A DNA stretch of 64,000 bases from Candidatus Uhrbacteria bacterium. GTDB taxonomy: Bacteria; Patescibacteriota; Patescibacteriia; JACPHY01. Each line of letters begins with the position of its first letter. Position 1 is the first letter of the stretch. The stretch covers positions 7,389 to 71,388 of the forward strand of contig JACPHY010000005.1 of assembly GCA_016188355.1 (NCBI GenBank). Direction: 5' to 3'. Positions 57,281 to 64,000 of the stretch are shown one piece after another. The notes under the pieces were generated by a model. The model saw nothing but the letters and a program-made list of their open reading frames with translations, did no database searches and was not told the origin of the DNA. Position numbers and translations under genes: made by a program.

Positions 57281-60229
57281 TCATGCTCCTCTCGCCGCGT
57301 CGTCGGACACGCGGTCGCATTCGTGCGGTGCGGCAAAACAGATGCTCGCCCACCACCGCGGGTTCGTTGCCACCGCTTCGGGCAAATTGCTCCGTCGCAC
57401 CAGATTGTTCTGCAGAGGACGCTGTCCCACATCCACGCCCGCACTGAGATAGAGCATTGGCTCCGCTGCTGCCGCGACATCCACCGCATGCACAATCGTG
57501 AACCAATGACCCTGCCGATACAATTCATGCGCACGCACCGTCGAATCCTCTCGGAGATGCAGCGCCCGCACGCGATCTCCCACGCGCAGCGCACGACCGG
57601 CCGCATCGCTCCCCGCGGAAGCTCCCCAATGCAGGCAGCGCGCGCGCGAACGCCCCGGATGCGCCAGGAACGGTGGACACGTACCAGAATAAGTGGGAAA
57701 CGCGTGCACGAGCGCACTACGATGCGCCCAGTAGTGCGTCAACGCCCCGAGCTCCGGGATGGCACGATCAAGGCGGACCTGCCACCATTCACCGTCCTTT
57801 GTGTCGATCGTTCCGGGAGTTCGCGCAATCGCTGCTCGCACCGTCGCATCTGCCGGAACCGATTCGATGCGATCGCCGGCCGCGTACACGCGATCTCCCT
57901 GGCGGAAGCACCCCGAATGTGCTGGCCGCATTCCGCGCACGTCCGTGGCAAGCGCTGATCCATCCATGGTCGACCACGTCGTTCCGATGCGGATGTCGAT
58001 GCATGCCACTTGCTCGGGGGTGAGCGCGAATACGCGCCCGCTCACCAACACTACCGCGCGACTCCCCGCCTCGTCTTCCACGATCCCGAGTACCGTATCC
58101 CGAACTCCGGGCGCAGCGTCACCCGCTGCGCGATGGAATCGAATGCGCGTACCTCGACACAGCCGGAACTCCCCCACCGCGATCATCGGCGCAATCGGAA
58201 GGAGCGATGGGGTCCGCACGCCGCGCCGCAGGAGCACGCGCCGCTCGCCACTGCTGCACTCTGCCAGTAGCTCGCCATTCCGACCGGCAACATACCGCTG
58301 GATATGCACGCACCGACGCGCCTCGCGATCCAAACAGACCAAGCCGATCGGGTATCGTTGTTCCCCGACCACGCATCCTGCCGCATCGATGGTCACCGGA
58401 ACGGGCAGCAGGACACGCTCATGCCAACGGCCACGAATCGCGAGCATCACCCACCCCAAACCATCGAGGAGCATCGCCTGACTCCCATCGGGAAACACGG
58501 GACTCAGTGCTGCCACCACATACACCCCATCGCGTCCATCCCATTCCAACCGATCACCGCACCGCACCGTTCGTCCCTGGACCTCCGTGGCGACAATCGG
58601 CTCGGGGGGGCGCGGCAGAAACGTGGACGCACGCGCGCCTGATGCGTCATCGATGCGGAACACCGCGTCGCGATTCCCATCACGGATGCAGCGGCCCGCA
58701 ATACGAGGCGCACCGAGCGGCAAAATGCCACGTATGATCACTGCCTCAATCTGCCCATCCGACCGTTGCCGGAACCACTCCGTGCCATTGCGTATCACCG
58801 TCCCATCCGTGAGCGTGATCTCGTTCGCCCGACACATGCCATCCGGTCCGATCTCTTCCGATGGGAAGCACCGAAATCCCGCGGATGGTGCCGCGATGGT
58901 ACCGAGCACTACATAGGCGCGGTCATCATCACGAAATTGCGCATGCACCACATGTGTGGCATCGCAGCGGACGGTCTGGATGACGTAATCCCGCAATGTG
59001 CGATCGGGCCATTCTTCGGCATCAAGGAAACGCACCACTGTCCCAGGAACGATCGGCACGCCCATGTACCTCACGGACGGCGCCAGCGTTGCGGGCACAA
59101 TGCGCACTCCTGGTCGCAGCGCCGCTCCATCGGTGATGCGTACGGGGGCGGTGATGGACTCGAGCTGCGCATATCGCTGACCACGTACCAGCCGACTCAA
59201 ACCGGTGACCCGTCCCGTGCCGCCCCCGGGAAGCTCCGCGCAAACGCCAGGATCCATGACCAGCGCATCGCCCACGCGCACCACCTCTGCCCCAAACGCC
59301 AGGAGCTGCGTCGTGCTCATCGGTACCACCGACGATTCCGATACCGGCTGCACCGGCACATCGAAATCGTCGGCCGCGCAAATCTGTTGCGCGAGCGCAT
59401 CGAAGAGCACGGGGGATGTCTGCGTGGATTCCTGCATGCGGTATCGGAACTCCTGCATGAGCGTGCGTTCATGGAGCGCCCAGGGAAGCTCACACATGAA
59501 TCGCGGACGCTCCCGCGAATGGCGTTCCCATTCCCAAGGGGAGCCGATTTCGGGTATGCGATGGGCGTGCGCGAAAAAATCCTCGCACCAATCCGCGTTC
59601 CAAATGCTTCCCCAGAATTCCAATTCCACCCGCTCCACGTACTCTCGGATACTCAGGTGCTGCCCCGCGAGCGTCTTGGACAATTCCGGCAAGCAGAGCT
59701 GGTGTTTGCCCTGTTCGCGATTCGGAAGATTCGGGATGGCAAGCTCATCATGGAGCTGCGTAATGGGCGAGGCGCGATAGAACAGGAACACGCGATCGAG
59801 TACCCCATGGAGAAAACGATAGAATTTCACGAGGTACGGGAACGCCAGCGCAAAGCGTTCTTGGGTCGCCAAGCGCCGCGCGAATGCTTGCGCCGTTTCC
59901 CCCCACAACTGATGCATGCCACTCTTTTGGAGGCGCGCGCGCATCGACGTATAGGGGGGAGCATCGAGCCGCCAGTCCACCGTGTGCACCGTCGGTCGAT
60001 CTTCGATCACGATCAGCGTGACTCCGCCCACCGTATCTTCGAGAATACAATTACGTGGCCGCAGGAACAGTCCGCGCTCCTCCGGAAACAGCACCCGTAC
60101 ATCCGCAGATTTCGTTCGCGTCACCCGTTCCTGCGTGCTGCCATCCGCTGTATGCGCAACGCGCAGCGCTGCATACGTCGCACGTCCATCGGTGTCGATG
60201 GTGATGCGACGCCGCTCTTGATTTGCCAT
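57281..60229 (-). CDS. Giant protein B (982 aa): prokaryotic E2-like N-terminal domain plus ~8 SH3/KOW-like repeats
   Basis: GGGAGGT SD + ATG at 60229; LAFPY...FYR.SP...DEL..PNLPN...LCLP...FW.S.WN.DW; colinear with protein A. Confidence 0.7.
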   Translation of the reverse strand: MANQERRRITIDTDGRATYAALRVAHTADGSTQERVTRTKSADVRVLFPEERGLFLRPRNCILEDTVGGVTLIVIEDRPTVHTVDWRLDAPPYTSMRARLQKSGMHQLWGETAQAFARRLATQERFALAFPYLVKFYRFLHGVLDRVFLFYRASPITQLHDELAIPNLPNREQGKHQLCLPELSKTLAGQHLSIREYVERVELEFWGSIWNADWCEDFFAHAHRIPEIGSPWEWERHSRERPRFMCELPWALHERTLMQEFRYRMQESTQTSPVLFDALAQQICAADDFDVPVQPVSESSVVPMSTTQLLAFGAEVVRVGDALVMDPGVCAELPGGGTGRVTGLSRLVRGQRYAQLESITAPVRITDGAALRPGVRIVPATLAPSVRYMGVPIVPGTVVRFLDAEEWPDRTLRDYVIQTVRCDATHVVHAQFRDDDRAYVVLGTIAAPSAGFRCFPSEEIGPDGMCRANEITLTDGTVIRNGTEWFRQRSDGQIEAVIIRGILPLGAPRIAGRCIRDGNRDAVFRIDDASGARASTFLPRPPEPIVATEVQGRTVRCGDRLEWDGRDGVYVVAALSPVFPDGSQAMLLDGLGWVMLAIRGRWHERVLLPVPVTIDAAGCVVGEQRYPIGLVCLDREARRCVHIQRYVAGRNGELLAECSSGERRVLLRRGVRTPSLLPIAPMIAVGEFRLCRGTRIRFHRAAGDAAPGVRDTVLGIVEDEAGSRAVVLVSGRVFALTPEQVACIDIRIGTTWSTMDGSALATDVRGMRPAHSGCFRQGDRVYAAGDRIESVPADATVRAAIARTPGTIDTKDGEWWQVRLDRAIPELGALTHYWAHRSALVHAFPTYSGTCPPFLAHPGRSRARCLHWGASAGSDAAGRALRVGDRVRALHLREDSTVRAHELYRQGHWFTIVHAVDVAAAAEPMLYLSAGVDVGQRPLQNNLVRRSNLPEAVATNPRWWASICFAAPHECDRVSDDAARGA

Positions 60230-60310
60230 GTCACCTCCCTTGTTCCGCAAATTGGGAAAGAGGCCATACCGGCCGAGACCGCGGCATCGCCGTTGCCTGC
60301 CGGACGCCCA

Positions 60311-60340
60311 AACGTAGCAAGGGCGCATGGAGTCTGTCAA
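60311..60340 (-). promoter_or_regulatory. Promoter of giant protein B-JAB
   Basis: Minus strand TTGACA-N18-TACGTT with extended TG. Confidence 0.65.
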
Positions 60341-60368
60341 TGGACCGGAATGCGCAACCACCACACCC

Positions 60369-60398
60369 TTGACGCGCACCGCGGTCGTTTGCTACGTT
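60369..60398 (+). promoter_or_regulatory. Divergent promoter
   Basis: TTGACG-N18-TACGTT with extended TG. Confidence 0.6.
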
Positions 60399-60492
60399 GC
60401 GAGCGCTCGTTCTCAATCTTGATGCCCCCTACCGTCCACCCACCCCGACGCCGGACGCGCTGCGTCCCGCGATCAAGCAAAGGAGAGCCACC

Positions 60493-61602
60493 GTGCACGA
60501 TTCCCAATCTCATCGCACCTACGCCTGCATCAGTCCCACGGGAGCGGTCCGCATCGGATCCGACCCCGTACCCACCGAGGGCACCTCCAATATCCTGCTC
60601 ACCATCGAAACCGCACATGCGGGGACTCCCACACCGGAGCAGCGCGCCGCGGTACAGCGCACGATGTCCTGGACTCTCACCCATGCCCTCGCAGGGATCG
60701 GCAACGCGCGCGGGTTGGACATTCCCGATGACACGGTCGTCACCGTACGCACGGCGGATACCGCACAAGGACCGGGCGCACAATTCCTGGCCTGTTACCG
60801 CGGCATGCATACGGATGGATTTCACATCCTCGATCGCCTCGGCAATGATGGCCAGCGCGCGCTCTCGCTCCTCCGACCGTCCGCGATCGATCAGATCCAC
60901 GCGCACACGGGAAGACACGGGATCCTCGACCTCGCGATCCTCGAGGCGGAGTCCGGAGAGCTCACCGTCGACGCATTCACCGCCCTCGCCGCGCATGCCG
61001 ATGAGGCGTTCGTTGCGGCTATCGCCGCACGCACGCTCGAGCTCGAACCCGTCCCCACTGCGCTCGCACTTGCCGCGCTGTCCCACATCTCGGATGCACC
61101 GATCCTCGAGCGATGCCGGCAACACCCCAATCCCGTCATTCGCCGCATCGCACTCACCCGATGCACGAATGTGGAAGAGCTCGTTGCGCAACTCTGTGCC
61201 ATCAACCGGACTGAGGCGTTCGAAAGCGACGGCGCAGCGATACTGCAACAGCTCCAGGCGATCAACCCATTGGCGATCATCCGCTTCCTCGTCCGAGTAC
61301 GGCCGCATTGGGAATCCCCGTTCTTCAATGGAGCGGATTGGCAGAGAAATGCGTCCATGTTCTACCTCGACCTCATCCGGCCGCTCCCACCGGAGCAGTG
61401 CATCGATATCGTGCGGTTCGCCAAGAACGAACGGGTGCTCACCGCCGCGCTCTACCATCTCCATACGCATCCCGAACTCATCGAGCAGCTCCTGCAGCGG
61501 AACGATCTCGACACCGAGCTCCGCAGGACCGTCGTGCTCGCGTTCGAACGATTCAATGCACCCCCAACGCCAATCGGCGGCGCGACCGTAACCGCTCCCT
61601 AA
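60493..61602 (+). CDS. Hypothetical protein with alpha-helical (HEAT-like) C-terminal half
   Basis: AAGGAG SD + GTG; HPNPVIRRIAL-type helical repeats. Confidence 0.7.
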   Translation: MHDSQSHRTYACISPTGAVRIGSDPVPTEGTSNILLTIETAHAGTPTPEQRAAVQRTMSWTLTHALAGIGNARGLDIPDDTVVTVRTADTAQGPGAQFLACYRGMHTDGFHILDRLGNDGQRALSLLRPSAIDQIHAHTGRHGILDLAILEAESGELTVDAFTALAAHADEAFVAAIAARTLELEPVPTALALAALSHISDAPILERCRQHPNPVIRRIALTRCTNVEELVAQLCAINRTEAFESDGAAILQQLQAINPLAIIRFLVRVRPHWESPFFNGADWQRNASMFYLDLIRPLPPEQCIDIVRFAKNERVLTAALYHLHTHPELIEQLLQRNDLDTELRRTVVLAFERFNAPPTPIGGATVTAP

Positions 61603-61608
61603 ACACCG

Positions 61609-61644
61609 CGCCCACCGCACGCATATGTGCGGTGGGCGTTTTCT
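61609..61644 (+). terminator. Intrinsic terminator
   Basis: CGCCCACCGCAC/GTGCGGTGGGCG followed by TTTTCT. Confidence 0.8.
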
Positions 61645-61673
61645 GTTATTGCTTCGAACTCATGACCCGGCCA

Positions 61674-62015
61674 CTATGCTGCTCGCACGAGTCCCTGCAG
61701 CACCGTGTGCACGATCGCCAAGATGATCGCGAACACTATTGCCCACCAAAATCCGGAAACGCTAAACCCGGGTACCACCGCGCTGGCCAAAAGAATGAGC
61801 AGCGCGTTGAGTGCGAAGGTAAAGAGACCAAACGTGAGGACATTCAAAGGCAGGGTGAGCACGAGGAGCACCGGACGCACGAACGCATTCAAGAGACCAA
61901 TCACCAACGCGGTCCCCAGCGCCGCAAATGCACCGGAAACCCGGACACCTGGCAACACATACGCCGAAACCCCCACCGCGATCGCCATGATGATCCACTG
62001 TGTCAGGAGACGCAT
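61674..62015 (-). CDS. YvlD/DUF360 4-TM membrane protein (phage holin superfamily IV-like)
   Basis: LPGV.V, GLLNA.VRP.L..LTLP...LT.GLF...NA and PGF.V.GFW.A. Confidence 0.9.
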   Translation of the reverse strand: MRLLTQWIIMAIAVGVSAYVLPGVRVSGAFAALGTALVIGLLNAFVRPVLLVLTLPLNVLTFGLFTFALNALLILLASAVVPGFSVSGFWWAIVFAIILAIVHTVLQGLVRAA

Positions 62016-62045
62016 ATATTGCAAAAAAGAATACCTAAATAGTAT

Positions 62046-62783
62046 TTACGCACGTTCTGGGGGCACAGTTGCATGAGGAGATGCCGCATCGGTTCCCAAC
62101 GCACATTCGAGCGCAGTAATCGTCAGGGGTCGCCAGGAACCTGGAGGGAGATCGCCGGGGAGCAGGAGGCCGCCCATGCGAATACGTCGGAGGCAGGTAA
62201 TGGGCACCCCGATCGCGGCGAACATCTTCCGCACCTCGTGTTTCTTCCCCTCGCGCACGGTCACATGCACGACCCCGCGGTGTATGGCAACGGCAACCGG
62301 GACCACACGCTCTCCCCCGATGCGCACGCCACGCCGCAAAGCGGCAAGCTGGGGTCCGGTCAATCGCTGCGCCGGGGTCACCGCATATTCCTTCTCAATG
62401 CCGTACCGAGGATGCGTCAATGCGAGCGTCCGGTCGCCATCATTCGTAAAGAGGAGCAGCCCCTCCGATTCTGTATCTAATCGTCCCACCGGCCACACCG
62501 CCGTCCGGAGCGCGGGCGGCAGGAGATCGTACACCGTCTTTCGTCCTTCCGGGTCATGTCGCGTGGTCACATACCCCCGCGGCTTATGGAGGAGGATACA
62601 GGTACGCACCGCCGACGGACGGACGATCGCGCCATCAACCTGCACGGTGTCCGCCTCCGAATCCACCTGCATGCCCACGAGCGCCCGTGCGCCATTCACA
62701 AACACGCGGCCGCTCGCAATGAGCGCTTCCGCGTGTCGACGTGATGCAATTCCGGCGTGGCTCAAAAATTTCTGGATACGCAT
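62046..62783 (-). CDS. rRNA pseudouridine synthase (RsuA/RluB family)
   Basis: S4 domain RIQKFL..AGIASRR, HKPRGY, catalytic GRLD, EKEY.V and EGKKHEVR. Confidence 0.95.
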   Translation of the reverse strand: MRIQKFLSHAGIASRRHAEALIASGRVFVNGARALVGMQVDSEADTVQVDGAIVRPSAVRTCILLHKPRGYVTTRHDPEGRKTVYDLLPPALRTAVWPVGRLDTESEGLLLFTNDGDRTLALTHPRYGIEKEYAVTPAQRLTGPQLAALRRGVRIGGERVVPVAVAIHRGVVHVTVREGKKHEVRKMFAAIGVPITCLRRIRMGGLLLPGDLPPGSWRPLTITALECALGTDAASPHATVPPERA

Positions 62784-62878
62784 GCGGACCCAGCATAGCG
62801 GATGCGCCCACGGAAGACAACTCCTCAAAAAACGAACAGCGGTCCGGGGGTACCGGACCGCTCTGCGATGGCGGGCGC

Positions 62879-63082
62879 CTAGCCGTAGTCTGGGATGTCG
62901 TGGTGCGCATGTCCGTCCGCACACCGGAACAGACGGGGGACTCCGCCGGGCGTGGTCGGTTTCCCGCACTTCGGGCACTTGCGCGGCAAGCGCATCACGT
63001 ACACACCCATTGCCGTGATCGCGACCGCTGTCAGCAGCATGATGCCGTAACCGAACCACTGCCCCACAACCTGATGCGTCAT
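62879..63082 (-). CDS. Small membrane protein with Zn-ribbon (CPKC...C..GH)
   Basis: GGAGG SD; TM helix followed by CPKCG...FRCADGH. Confidence 0.55.
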   Translation of the reverse strand: MTHQVVGQWFGYGIMLLTAVAITAMGVYVMRLPRKCPKCGKPTTPGGVPRLFRCADGHAHHDIPDYG

Positions 63083-63228
63083 CGGATACATCCTCCCTCC
63101 GGGTATTTTTCCGGAACAAAACAACACGCGACGCCCAGTGCATCGCATTATCCATGCTATCAAAAATTTTGCTGTCCGTCAATAAAAAAGAGGCGCCGCG
63201 ATGCATGGTGCATAACGGCGCCCATTCG

Positions 63229-63990
63229 TTACTCCGGATCGAACTGCCGCAAATCCTTCCCGATCTCCGCCTGCTGCCCCCACGTCAGCCGATCCCAGAA
63301 CCCGCACTCCGCCGTGGTGAGACGCGGCCCTTGCCGGTATGCCGGCAGCACGCGCATCCGGATCGTGTGCACCCACTCGAAGGGGAAGCACCAGGATTTC
63401 GACGGACGCTTCTCCTGCACCATCCGCAGCGCCTGCCGCGTGCCTCCCGTCGGCACAAACCAGAACACCGCGTCACCCACCGCAGCCGCCACCCGACCAT
63501 CGAGCCAGACGTCGAGCTCCGCTTGCGTCACCGACGGTTGCTGGTATCGTCGCGATCGCCGCCACGGTCGCGGCCGCTCCCGAAGGATACCATCCGCATC
63601 CACCAAGCATCGATCGTACGTTCGATGCAGGTCCTGCTCCGGCGCGACTTCCCCCAACAAATGTCGGTGCACCACCTGATGGCTCACGAGCGTCCGATCG
63701 TCGAACCGTTGGCGAATCTCCCGATACACCTCCGACCACGAACGACCCACACGCGACGTGAGATACCGCCACACCGGACGAAGTTTTTTCGTGTGCCGAT
63801 CCCACACATCCGTCCTCCGCTTCACCGCGGGAACCGATTGCTCCCAGTACACCTCCGGATCGCGGAGGCACTGCTGCGCGAACGCGCGTCCCTGACGCCG
63901 GATCCACGCATTCTGCCGTTTTCGCGCGCAACGGTACTCTTCCGTATTCCCTCCCTCGAGCACCGTCCGCGCGAGATGTTTCGTCGCCAT
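63229..63990 (-). CDS. Hypothetical protein
   Basis: AGGAGG SD at the window end; LARTV.EGG, L.SRVGR.W.EVY.EI and VD.DGIL. Confidence 0.75.
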   Translation of the reverse strand: MATKHLARTVLEGGNTEEYRCARKRQNAWIRRQGRAFAQQCLRDPEVYWEQSVPAVKRRTDVWDRHTKKLRPVWRYLTSRVGRSWSEVYREIRQRFDDRTLVSHQVVHRHLLGEVAPEQDLHRTYDRCLVDADGILRERPRPWRRSRRYQQPSVTQAELDVWLDGRVAAAVGDAVFWFVPTGGTRQALRMVQEKRPSKSWCFPFEWVHTIRMRVLPAYRQGPRLTTAECGFWDRLTWGQQAEIGKDLRQFDPE

Positions 63991-64000
63991 GACACCTCCT

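Noticed and set aside
58766-61591. 941-aa plus-strand ORF (also 54644-56515)
   Set aside because: Antisense or off-frame shadows with Arg/Ser/Pro-rich composition overlapping better-supported genes.
61674-62015. Prophage inferred from the holin-family gene
   Set aside because: YvlD/DUF360 proteins are common chromosomal genes; no integrase, capsid, terminase or lysin genes are in the window.
1-64000. CRISPR array, tRNA/rRNA, IS elements, alternative genetic code
   Set aside because: No spaced direct repeats, cloverleafs, rRNA motifs or transposases were recognised by eye, and TGA and TAG both terminate conserved genes. A tRNAscan/Infernal run is still advisable.

Overview
High-GC bacterial chromosomal window in genetic code 11 (TGA and TAG both end bona fide genes). 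It probably comes from a Patescibacteria/CPR (Parcubacteria-like) genome; this is inferred from a compact stand-alone rpoB-rpoC pair and from CPR-typical TrmB, DUF5666, RRM and Ig-domain genes. Housekeeping genes include rpoB, rpoC, ftsK, recA, pyrC, a pyrD-like gene, a pseudouridine synthase, a YbaK-family gene, two MacAB-like modules and an ABC-2 exporter. Four accessory loci stand out. (1) 51.7-60.2 kb: a prokaryotic ubiquitin-like conjugation locus with a JAB peptidase, a ThiF/E1 and a Ubl ending KG-R, flanked by two paralogous ~990-aa proteins that each fuse an E2-like domain to about 8 SH3/KOW-like repeats. (2) 2.1-6.8 kb: a promoter-to-terminator five-gene nucleotide-tailoring operon (HisG-Nudix fusion, PurA, divergent PurC, HAM1, NMP-kinase-like) reminiscent of nucleoside-analogue pathways. 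(3) 16.7-20.7 kb: a consensus promoter followed by a ~550-nt highly base-paired leader with CsrA-type GGA hairpins, a Zn-finger coiled-coil orphan and several small membrane/lipoprotein genes. (4) 35.6-40.1 kb: a TrmB regulator divergent from CoaB-like, Zn-ribbon-CoaC, radical SAM and NRDE/TANGO2 genes. No tRNA, rRNA, CRISPR array, integrase or transposase was recognised. All family calls come from motifs read by eye, not from database searches.
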